This document shows, one piece after another, positions 1 through 7,910 of a stretch of DNA of 64,000 nt. Source of the stretch: Thermoplasmatales archaeon (lineage in GTDB: Archaea; Thermoplasmatota; Thermoplasmata; Thermoplasmatales; GCA-001856825). The DNA lies in NCBI GenBank assembly GCA_038729485.1, contig JAVYRX010000003.1, forward strand, positions 106,524 through 170,523, given 5' to 3'. Under the pieces are notes generated by a model that was not told where the DNA came from, ran no database searches, and saw only the letters and a list, made by a program, of their open reading frames with translations. How positions within the stretch are numbered: the first letter of the stretch is position 1; each line of letters starts with the position of its first letter. The translations under genes were made by a program, and so were the position numbers.

Positions 1-1
1 T

Positions 2-652
2 GAAGCGCTGGAAATAGAACTTGAGGAATTCCTTAGGAATTCGTTCCCGGTGGACTTGGTTGAACCCGTGCGTGTTGGCACAAAGGGTCCGGACATAATT
101 CACAAGGTCAGATCTCCGGCTGGTTTTGAAGCGGGTTCAATAGCATGGGAAGCCAAGAGGACGAAGGACTGGAAGGACGAATGGGTGAGTAAACTTAAGG
201 ACGATCTTGTAAACTACAGAGCAGACGTGGGAATAATAGTCACGAGAACTTTGCCAAAAGAAATAGGCAGTTTTGGTGTTAAGGATGGTATTCTCGTGGC
301 GAACTTTGAGAGCGCAATTCCTCTGGCACAAATAATAAGGTCGAATCTCTTAGAGGTGGCGAGACAGAAGAGAATAAACCAAAGCACTGACGCAACGAAG
401 GAAATTCTTTACAAATATTTCACAAGTCAACAGTTCAGGCAGCGCGTAGAGAGCATAGTCAGTTCCGTGAGGAAGATGAAGGAAGATCTTGACGGTGAGA
501 GAAGGGCGATGGAAAGGTTATGGGCGAAGAGGGCCAAGGACATAGAGAGGGCAGAGCTCGGCATATCAGCCATGTTCGGAGAACTTCAGGGCATTACTGG
601 CCCCGAAATACAGGACATAAAAGAACTGGAACTTCCGCGGGACGAGGATTGA
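2..652 (+). CDS. DUF2130-family protein, C-terminal part (5' end lies outside the window)
   Basis: The frame is open from the window edge (EALEIELEEFLRNSFPVDLVEP...), so the listed start at 50 (a GTG) is internal. A GxxGPDIIHKV...WEAKRTKDW core followed by a charged helical tail fits my recollection of DUF2130, which has a restriction-endonuclease-like core. Confidence 0.55.
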   Translation, partial: EALEIELEEFLRNSFPVDLVEPVRVGTKGPDIIHKVRSPAGFEAGSIAWEAKRTKDWKDEWVSKLKDDLVNYRADVGIIVTRTLPKEIGSFGVKDGILVANFESAIPLAQIIRSNLLEVARQKRINQSTDATKEILYKYFTSQQFRQRVESIVSSVRKMKEDLDGERRAMERLWAKRAKDIERAELGISAMFGELQGITGPEIQDIKELELPRDED

Positions 653-1234
653 TTATCTTTTATCGCCCAGCCCCGATAGGTAACCTCCAAATCCCACCCC
701 CCAAAGGAGGAACGGATAAACGACAAGTCTCTCCCACCCTCCCCTACCTATAACCGGGGGATAATGGTACAGGATAAATACGGCTATTGCAAAATAAGAT
801 ATGAGACCAAGGATTATGGAAGCATAAATCATGGCCCCACTTTCAAATCTGTATGCATAAATTGCCGTCAAAGGCCCAACGATGAATGTAAAATATGAAA
901 CATATGTATGAATGGACCCAAAATTCTCATTGAAAACACCAACCAGGAGGGCTCCAAGACCAGTTAGGGCTATCAGGGACGCGAATACGGTAGATCTGAA
1001 ACCGCGATAAATAAAGAAAGCATCTATTACGACAATGATTCCAAGTATGGATATGGATAGATTGAAGAAAGGGCCAGTCGGGCCAACTCCAAGATCGCTT
1101 ATGTAATTATTTGATATGCTGTAACCTGGGTACATAGCCTCCGTGACGAACATCATTATGACAAACTGGACGGTTGCAGCAAAAAGCAGGATTCCTGCAA
1201 CGTTCACGCTTCTCCTTGAGATGATCTTAGCCAT
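653..1234 (-). CDS. DUF998-family integral membrane protein
   Basis: 193 aa with about 6 hydrophobic helices. The N-terminal 'YPGYSISNNYISDLG' motif is typical of DUF998. Confidence 0.6.
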   Translation of the reverse strand: MAKIISRRSVNVAGILLFAATVQFVIMMFVTEAMYPGYSISNNYISDLGVGPTGPFFNLSISILGIIVVIDAFFIYRGFRSTVFASLIALTGLGALLVGVFNENFGSIHTYVSYFTFIVGPLTAIYAYRFESGAMIYASIILGLISYFAIAVFILYHYPPVIGRGGWERLVVYPFLLWGVGFGGYLSGLGDKR

Positions 1235-1270
1235 AAAAGATTAATTGGAAACGTAGTTAATTAAATTAAC

Positions 1271-1666
1271 TCACCATCCGAGCTGGCGTATGAATGGTCC
1301 AACTACCAGGAAACTTATCAAAACGATTAAGACAACCAGGCTGCATATAATTGCGTACAGTCTGTCATCTTCGTTCAGGAACATGAAGACTGTGAGCATC
1401 CCTCTTCCAACTGGAACGAATACGAGAATCATTATCCCTATGCTCATGAGTGCTAGAGGAAGATCTCTGGTCACATCTATCATGGACGTAAATGTCGTTA
1501 AGCTTGAATTCATCCTTGCCATGGAAAGTATTGATGAAAATCTGGAGGAGATCGACCAGTCAATCACGAAAGACAGTGCCATGCCAATTATTACGAAAGC
1601 AAAGCCAGCAGACACACCGTAAAGAAGGAACTTTCTTATAATCTTCCTGACGTTTAAGTGAGCCAA
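1271..1666 (-). CDS. DUF1634-family small membrane protein (partner of the TauE/SafE permease)
   Basis: 131 aa with 3-4 TM segments. Its start overlaps the stop end of the upstream TauE gene by 13 nt. DUF1634 is characteristically paired with TauE/SafE genes. Confidence 0.6.
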   Translation of the reverse strand: MAHLNVRKIIRKFLLYGVSAGFAFVIIGMALSFVIDWSISSRFSSILSMARMNSSLTTFTSMIDVTRDLPLALMSIGIMILVFVPVGRGMLTVFMFLNEDDRLYAIICSLVVLIVLISFLVVGPFIRQLGW

Positions 1667-2559
1667 GTTATCAGGCCGCCTTTAATTAGCATCTCTACAC
1701 TAACAGAAAGAAGCACCAATATAAGAACAAATTTTGCAATAGGAGTCTTCACTTTATTCAGGAGACTTCTTCCAACTATTGAGCCGGGAAGGATACCCAT
1801 TATCACGGGGGCTACGATGGGCGGAAAGATAAAACCAGATGAGAAGAGTATCCCTACGCTTGTTGCGGCGGTAATGCCCAGCATGAAATTGCTAGTTGCT
1901 GCAGATACCTTAAAAGGAATCTTCATAACTGAATTCATCGCCAGCGAGTTGAAAACCCCACCTCCGACGCCGAGCATTCCAGATATTATCCCAGCGCCAA
2001 ACATTGCCGTCATGCCCTCAGTTATCCTGCTAGGATGGTATTCAATCTCCTTCTTTTGGGTGGGATCGATATACTTGGATGAGAGTCTCAGTTTCTTGCT
2101 TAAGCCGCCGACGGTGGGGATCGACACCGGTTCTTTTGCAATACCACCTCTGATCAGGTCTATTGAGCAGAAAATGAGGACCAGACCAAATGCAAGGTAT
2201 AAAATCCAGTCTATATGCATTCTAGAGAGGGTGATCGTTGTGAGAGTTCCTATGATCGCCCCACTTGTTATTGTAGTCAGCAACAAAGTTCCTATTCTGT
2301 AGTTGGCTGGCGATCCCCTATTGAAGGATGTTATGCCTGCTCCACAGGAGGTAGTTATGACGCCTATGAGGCTTGCTCCAATCGCATAAACGGGAGGTAC
2401 CCCAAACAATGTTACGAACGGGGAAATTACCACCCCGCCGCCGATACCTACAAGCGCGCCCAGGCACCCTGCTCCGAATGCCACCAAAAGCATTATAAGA
2501 AAGTATTCAAAGAAAGAGAATGATAGCATCTCAGCCTCGCTAGAAACGGGTACCTGCAT
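1654..2559 (-). CDS. TauE/SafE (DUF81) family sulfite/organosulfonate exporter-type permease, copy A
   Basis: 301 aa polytopic protein with two internally repeated halves, each carrying a G-rich 'LVGIGGGVVISPF' / 'MLGVGGGVF' motif typical of TauE/SafE. Confidence 0.8.
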   Translation of the reverse strand: MQVPVSSEAEMLSFSFFEYFLIMLLVAFGAGCLGALVGIGGGVVISPFVTLFGVPPVYAIGASLIGVITTSCGAGITSFNRGSPANYRIGTLLLTTITSGAIIGTLTTITLSRMHIDWILYLAFGLVLIFCSIDLIRGGIAKEPVSIPTVGGLSKKLRLSSKYIDPTQKKEIEYHPSRITEGMTAMFGAGIISGMLGVGGGVFNSLAMNSVMKIPFKVSAATSNFMLGITAATSVGILFSSGFIFPPIVAPVIMGILPGSIVGRSLLNKVKTPIAKFVLILVLLSVSVEMLIKGGLITWLT

Positions 2560-2897
2560 TCTGGCTGTTGTGCATATTTTCAGGGGTTATAGATTCTGAG
2601 GTAGAATTTCTAACAGTTTTTTTCGTGGTTGGAACAAAAAAGCCAAGTAATATCAACGAAGCTGAAAAAGAATGCGAACTTGATGTTGAAGCATGAAAAT
2701 TTATCACATAACAACACATATTTTTTAAAAAAAGTCACTTCATATAAATTATAAACCTTACCAGTTAAGCTAGAGATGGATCAACGGAAAACAATGGTCG
2801 AAATTTAATAATACGAAAAAAGAAAAACCATCGGTCGCCCTTAACCCAACTGGCTGAAAGAAGGATAATCATTTATTGATATTGATCCTACTGGAAT

Positions 2898-3605
2898 ATG
2901 GAAAGAAATGAGCTATCAACATCAATCGGGAAAATATCTTTTTTGGAGCGAACAGGAAGATACCCCGTAATATTTCTTCATGGTCTAGGGGGAACGGGCA
3001 ATTCCTGGATCAAACTTCAGAAATACCTGAACGAAAACCTCGCTCTTTATTTCCTGGATTTAATTGGTCACGGGAGATCAGCCAAACCTCAGGCTCAATA
3101 TGAAATATCACTGCAGGAACGAGCTCTGGACGAATTCATATCGAAAATGGGGTTTGACAATTTTGCCCTAGTAGGAAATTCATACGGCGGGTGGATTTCA
3201 CTAAGGTTTGCGGTGGACATAAGACAACCTGATAAGATTGTTCTCGAAGATAGCGCAGGGATAAACAAGACATTTGGGGAGATGAATGCGACTGAGAGAG
3301 AACAGCTCATTGAGAGGATAGTCTCATCTAACAGCTTTAATGAGGAGCAGGTAATTAGAAGCATTGTGGATAATAATGCAGATCCTAAATGGAAATTAAG
3401 GGAAGGAGAGCTTAGATCCATAGAGAGTGTGGCTCTTATAATATGGGGGGAGCTCGACACGATAATTCCAAAGGATAATGGCATGAGACTGAGGGAGCTT
3501 ATGAAGAATGCTCAGTATGTTGAAATAAAGGGGGCTGGACACGTGCCACACGCCATGGTTCCTTCTGAGGTCGGGAAAGTGATGAACGATTTCTTACTTT
3601 CATGA
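2898..3605 (+). CDS. alpha/beta-fold hydrolase
   Basis: HG oxyanion motif 'FLHGLGGTGNSW', nucleophile elbow 'GNSYGG', and C-terminal 'GAGHVPH' carrying the catalytic His. Confidence 0.8.
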   Translation: MERNELSTSIGKISFLERTGRYPVIFLHGLGGTGNSWIKLQKYLNENLALYFLDLIGHGRSAKPQAQYEISLQERALDEFISKMGFDNFALVGNSYGGWISLRFAVDIRQPDKIVLEDSAGINKTFGEMNATEREQLIERIVSSNSFNEEQVIRSIVDNNADPKWKLREGELRSIESVALIIWGELDTIIPKDNGMRLRELMKNAQYVEIKGAGHVPHAMVPSEVGKVMNDFLLS

Positions 3606-3613
3606 TTTTTAGA

Positions 3614-3640
3614 TTTCTGGAAATCCTTATTAACCAGAAA
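3614..3640 (+). promoter_or_regulatory. 7-bp inverted repeat (TTTCTGG-N13-CCAGAAA) between the hydrolase stop and the RHH-like gene
   Basis: Read directly from the sequence. It could be a hairpin at the hydrolase 3' end or an operator in front of the 3654 gene. Confidence 0.3.
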
Positions 3641-3653
3641 ACCATCTACAATC

Positions 3654-4109
3654 ATGGCATCAGAAAAGAAAAATGAGGAGAAAGAGTGGGAAAACGTTTC
3701 CATAAAGGGGGTACAAAAAAGCCTCTATGATAGGATGAAGAGGCTCGCAAGAGAAACAGGCAGAACGATTGGCGAAGTGACAAACGATGCATACAAAATA
3801 ACTTTATCAGCCGCCTCTGAGACAAAAAAGGTGGGCGAAGAATTTTTCCAAGGTCTCTCTGAAAGAAGGGTAATCTTTATCCATGATCTCAGGAAGCTTG
3901 AGATTACAGGGGAAGAACTAAAGGGTTACAACAAAAAAGTCGCCTTTAGAAACATAGAAAATCTTTCTTTCAAGGACCTGAGCAGGGATGATTTCGACAG
4001 GTACGTAGACTCAATAACGAACGTGAAATCTCTTTCAATTCCCAAGGAAATCCCTAAGTTTGACGTCTTAGAGAAATCCACATTCGTCGACGAAATAAAA
4101 TTCCTATGA
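3654..4109 (+). CDS. hypothetical protein with an N-terminal ribbon-helix-helix-like segment
   Basis: 151 aa. The segment 'VSIKGVQKSLYDRMKRLARETGRTIGEVTNDAYKI' has the strand-helix-helix pattern of CopG/Arc/MetJ. I do not recognise the C-terminal ~100 aa. Confidence 0.45.
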   Translation: MASEKKNEEKEWENVSIKGVQKSLYDRMKRLARETGRTIGEVTNDAYKITLSAASETKKVGEEFFQGLSERRVIFIHDLRKLEITGEELKGYNKKVAFRNIENLSFKDLSRDDFDRYVDSITNVKSLSIPKEIPKFDVLEKSTFVDEIKFL

Positions 4110-4147
4110 GAAGGAAAGATTAATTTCTGAATACATAATTAACAATA

Positions 4148-4999
4148 ATGAATGACCTAGCTCTCTATTACATCATCCTTATACTTTTGGCCTCTTTGTT
4201 CGCCGGTGTAATAGGGTCGTTGGCCGGTCTAGGGGGCGGTGTGCTGATCGTTCCCTTCCTCACATTATTCTTTCGTGTTCCGATCTCACTTGCGATAGGG
4301 GCGTCGATAATATCCGTTATAGCAACTTCTAGTGGCGCTGCTTCTGCTTACGTCAAGGACAAAATATCAAACATTAGGGTCGGGACATTCCTCGTGTTAT
4401 TTACAACTACAGGTGCAATAGTTGGGGCCGTTTTGGAGCATATAACACCCGTGAGGATAGTGTACATAACTTTTGGAATAGTGCTTTTCATATCGCTTCT
4501 TCCATTCATAAGAAAGCTGGGTGAGGAATCACCTGAGGGGATCAAGAATGCTCCATTTGCGGAAAAGTTGTCGCTTAACAGCACGTTTTACGACCCTTAT
4601 ACGAAGAAGGAAGTGAAGTATAATGTGACTGGCCTGAAGGGGGGTTCAACCGTCATGTTCATAGCCGGCCTCCTCTCCGGCCTACTTGGGATAGGCTCTG
4701 GCGTCTTCAAGGTCATTGCGATGGACGAGTTCATGAAGCTTCCCATAAAGGTTTCGACAACAACCTCTAACTTCATGATAGGCATAACTGCGGCGGCAAG
4801 TGCCGGCATATATTTTTTCAACGGAGATGTTAATCCATTCATAGCTGCACCCGTGGCTATCGGCGTTCTTGCAGGTGCAATCATAGGAACTAGGCTCCTG
4901 GTGAGCATAAAAGGTACGACAGTCAGGAAAGTTTTTGCGGTAATAATAGTGGTGGTGGCAGTAGAGATGCTCCTTAATGGGGTGGGAATACGAGCATGA
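4148..4999 (+). CDS. TauE/SafE (DUF81) family permease, copy B
   Basis: 283 aa and alignable by eye along its whole length with copy A (LAGLGGGVLIVPF, LLGIGSGVFKV, SNFMIGITAA). Confidence 0.8.
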   Translation: MNDLALYYIILILLASLFAGVIGSLAGLGGGVLIVPFLTLFFRVPISLAIGASIISVIATSSGAASAYVKDKISNIRVGTFLVLFTTTGAIVGAVLEHITPVRIVYITFGIVLFISLLPFIRKLGEESPEGIKNAPFAEKLSLNSTFYDPYTKKEVKYNVTGLKGGSTVMFIAGLLSGLLGIGSGVFKVIAMDEFMKLPIKVSTTTSNFMIGITAAASAGIYFFNGDVNPFIAAPVAIGVLAGAIIGTRLLVSIKGTTVRKVFAVIIVVVAVEMLLNGVGIRA

Positions 5000-5451
5000 G
5001 TGACGAAGAAGAGGAAGAGGAGGAAGAAAGTGAAGAGATCAAAGAGAGAAAGGAAAAGGAAGAGGATCTATCCTCCAAGGTGCTTTCGCAGTACCTCATA
5101 TGGAGTGTTATAATTTCCGTATCAATCATAATCTTTGGCACCTTACAATTCCTAATAACTGGTTCAAGCGGATATGTGAAATTGCCTGTCCTGGTGCTCA
5201 TTAAGAGCGGAGGGATTTATACAAATGTTTTTCCTCATTACCTCAACACAATAGGTACGGGAATTCTTAAAGTAAAGTCTTTTGCCATAATAGAGTTCGG
5301 AATACTTATTCTTGTTCTCTCTCCAATAGGGAGAATGTTTCTGCAGATATTCATCTATGCCAAGGAGAGAGACAGGAATTTTGTAATAATTGCGGCTTCC
5401 GTTTTCATCATCTTAGTATTTTCCCTCTACATCTCCAGATTTTTCAGATGA
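4996..5451 (+). CDS. DUF1634-family membrane protein with a poly-Glu N-terminal extension
   Basis: ATGA overlap with TauE copy B. The C-terminal ~110 aa are hydrophobic like the 1271-1666 product. The N-terminus reads MSDEEEEEEEESEEIKERKEKEED. Confidence 0.6.
   Translation: MSDEEEEEEEESEEIKERKEKEEDLSSKVLSQYLIWSVIISVSIIIFGTLQFLITGSSGYVKLPVLVLIKSGGIYTNVFPHYLNTIGTGILKVKSFAIIEFGILILVLSPIGRMFLQIFIYAKERDRNFVIIAASVFIILVFSLYISRFFR
5005..5030 (+). repeat. pure polypurine GAA/GAG tract encoding poly-Glu
   Basis: The tract gaagaagaggaagaggaggaagaaag has no pyrimidine. It sits within a longer purine-rich stretch that encodes DEEEEEEEESEEIKERKEKEED. Confidence 0.8.
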
Positions 5452-5453
5452 TT

Positions 5454-5924
5454 TCAGATCTTCTTTCCGTAAACGGAAACAATACTCCTCATTCCCTGGC
5501 TGCTGTAGAATTTATGGGCCAACAGGTTCTCCGTGGGAAATTCCACTGTGATCATTCCGCATCCCTTTGACTTTTCCTTTTCTATCAGTGCATCCATGAG
5601 CTTCCTTCCGAGCCCCGCCTTCCTGTATTCCGGCAAGATGTAGATTTCTGTTACCATAAGTTCTTTGAGCGGTTCATAGAAATGACGCTCTATGATCTCT
5701 CCCATAATCATTCCCGCTATTTTTCCATCGGCGTCCGCAACCAAAACGTCCCTCGTATCCAGCCTAATTGCGCTGCTCAGGTATTCCAAAACCCTCTTCT
5801 CTACGTCTTCCGTTACTATGAATAGAGGGTCATGTTCAGAATTGAATCTTTTGAGCCTGACTACAAGATTTGCGACATCCTTTAAGTCCTCCTCCCTTAG
5901 TTCCCTTATCTTGATTTCGTTCAT
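5454..5924 (-). CDS. GNAT-family N-acetyltransferase
   Basis: 156 aa. The acetyl-CoA binding motif 'RKAGLGRKLMDAL' (R/Q-x-x-G-x-G/A) sits in the expected position. Confidence 0.8.
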   Translation of the reverse strand: MNEIKIRELREEDLKDVANLVVRLKRFNSEHDPLFIVTEDVEKRVLEYLSSAIRLDTRDVLVADADGKIAGMIMGEIIERHFYEPLKELMVTEIYILPEYRKAGLGRKLMDALIEKEKSKGCGMITVEFPTENLLAHKFYSSQGMRSIVSVYGKKI

Positions 5925-7282
5925 ATTCTCGTCACACTCCTTATCAAATTCTGGTCAATCATTTTTTCTATGACCTCCCTGTTGTTTCTTATTATGTCCC
6001 TTGCACCAGTAAGGAAATCTTCCTTGCTTTTCTTCACTCTTGCAAGATTCTCCTTGACGCCGGCATATGCCAGTGCGGCTGCTACCCTTGGGAATACCTC
6101 CCATTCTTCCATGGTCGGAATGATATATTGGTCGTTGATTCCTTTTTCCTCTGCGAAATTGGCAAGCTCCCTTGCAGCCTCCACTATCATCTTCTCATTT
6201 ATTTTAGTGACTCTTGCATCTAGCGCACCGCGGAAAACTCCGGGAAATACAAGGCTATTGTTAACCTGGTTAGCGAAGTCAGATCTGCCCGTCGCCACTA
6301 TCTCTGCGCCATTTTCCTTGGCTTCGTTTGGCCATATTTCCGGAATTGGGTTCGCAAGGGCGAATATAATCCCTCTTTTCTCCATCTTCTTTACCCATTC
6401 ACCCTTGATAACACCTGGGCCCTGTTTTGAGGCAGCGATAACAGCATCAGCGCCGTCCATTGCCTCCGCTATATCTCCCTTTCTCCTCTCTCCATTTGTC
6501 TTCAAGGCGAGGTCGTATTTCCAGGGATTCTCTTTCATGAGAATATCCATGTCCTCCCTTTCTGGATGAAGTATTCCATGAGAATCCACCATGACAATGT
6601 TCTTCAGGTTGAAATCTGCATGGCTCAGAAGATTTACTGTAGCTATGTTTGCTGCACCAGATCCGACGACGACAACCTTGGTATCGCTCTCTTTCCTTCC
6701 AGTGATTTTCAATGCATTTATGAGGCCAGCAAGAGTTGCTCCTGCGGTGCCTAGCTGGTCATCGTGCCACACTGGGATGCTCATGGAATCCCTAAGCTTT
6801 TCAAGGAGATAGAAGCATTTTGGAGACTCTATGTCCTCAAGATTTATTCCGCCAAAGGCAGGTTCGATAGCCCTGACGATGTTTGCGATCTGCTCCTTGT
6901 CATGAACGTTCACGGGTATGGGTATTGCATCTACCCCGCCCAGGTATTTAAAAATTAAGCCTTTCCCCTCCATTACAGGCAGGGCCGCCTCGGGTCCAAC
7001 ATTTCCCAGTCCCAGGACCCTGGTACCGTCCGTTACTATTGCCACGGAGTTCCAACGCCAGGTCATTTCAAAGGAGAGTTCTTTGTTCTTTGAAATCTCC
7101 TTGGAGACGGCTGCGACGCCGGGGGTGTACCATACCGAGAAATCGTCTAGGCTTGTGACCGGTACTTTTGGAAAAGTTTGAATTTTCCCGAGAAATTCTT
7201 TTGCGTATTTTATAGCCAAATTAGAATATCTTTCACTTCCAGATTCTCCCTCGTTTCTCATGAAGGGGTATCGCAAGCGCAA
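5921..7282 (-). CDS. NAD(P)-dependent malic enzyme (oxaloacetate-decarboxylating malate dehydrogenase)
   Basis: Short prokaryotic malic-enzyme layout with 'YTPGVA', 'VVTDGTRVLGLGNVGP', 'GSGAAN' Rossmann motif and 'NNSLVFPGVFRGALD'. The true start may be the internal Met at codon 8. Confidence 0.9.
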   Translation of the reverse strand: MRLRYPFMRNEGESGSERYSNLAIKYAKEFLGKIQTFPKVPVTSLDDFSVWYTPGVAAVSKEISKNKELSFEMTWRWNSVAIVTDGTRVLGLGNVGPEAALPVMEGKGLIFKYLGGVDAIPIPVNVHDKEQIANIVRAIEPAFGGINLEDIESPKCFYLLEKLRDSMSIPVWHDDQLGTAGATLAGLINALKITGRKESDTKVVVVGSGAANIATVNLLSHADFNLKNIVMVDSHGILHPEREDMDILMKENPWKYDLALKTNGERRKGDIAEAMDGADAVIAASKQGPGVIKGEWVKKMEKRGIIFALANPIPEIWPNEAKENGAEIVATGRSDFANQVNNSLVFPGVFRGALDARVTKINEKMIVEAARELANFAEEKGINDQYIIPTMEEWEVFPRVAAALAYAGVKENLARVKKSKEDFLTGARDIIRNNREVIEKMIDQNLIRSVTRI

Positions 7283-7388
7283 TGTTAAATTTTGTCTACA
7301 GGAACCTCAGAAAATGGGATCAGTAGCAATTCTTCTTTGCTTTTGATACATAAGGAAAGTATTTCATATTCCTTCAGATATCACGGCA

Positions 7389-7910
7389 ATGACAGATCTC
7401 AGGGATCAGGTCGCGGAAGACAGGGGTGTAATAAAAAGAATACAGCTGATTTTTCCGGGATATCACGGTTACAGGATAAATGAGGATTTGAGGGATGCGG
7501 ACATAATATTAAAGGACGAACTGTACAAGAGAATGCTGAACTGCATTGGCAAACTTAAGGAGGCCGAACAAGCCTTGGTGAGAAGCGGCTCCTTCAAGGC
7601 CCTGGAATACTTCGGCACGCTGAGATCCAAAATACAGATGGCTGCAGAAGACATAAAACACCATGGGGCTGGCTACACTGGGATTTCTCCTCCGGTGCGT
7701 GTTGACGCGAAGAAGATATCGTCCCTTTATGATCTAGATATGAAGATTTTTGAGAACATTAAGGGGATAGAGGGTGCAACGGACTCCCTCCTCAAATCAT
7801 GCCAGTCCGGAAATCCTGACTTGACTGGCTTTTCGGTAATTGTTGGAATGGTAGACGAAATAAGTTCCCTCAACAACAGTAGGGATGCCCTTCTATACGG
7901 GGGTGTGTAA
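7389..7910 (+). CDS. hypothetical protein (first gene of the SPFH/zinc-ribbon module)
   Basis: 173 aa with apparently helical composition and no motif I recognise. Its stop abuts the ATG of the next gene (TAA then ATG at 7908-7913). Confidence 0.5.
   Translation: MTDLRDQVAEDRGVIKRIQLIFPGYHGYRINEDLRDADIILKDELYKRMLNCIGKLKEAEQALVRSGSFKALEYFGTLRSKIQMAAEDIKHHGAGYTGISPPVRVDAKKISSLYDLDMKIFENIKGIEGATDSLLKSCQSGNPDLTGFSVIVGMVDEISSLNNSRDALLYGGV

Noticed and set aside
1658-2302. 214-aa ORF on the plus strand
   Set aside because: It lies entirely antisense to the well-supported TauE/SafE permease gene. Its low-complexity, Ile/Pro/Thr-rich translation has no motifs, so it is a typical shadow ORF.
5970-6569. 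199-aa ORF on the plus strand, plus several shorter ones up to 7181
   Set aside because: All are antisense to the malic enzyme gene. Their Ser/Leu/Ala-rich translations are typical of reverse-frame artefacts.
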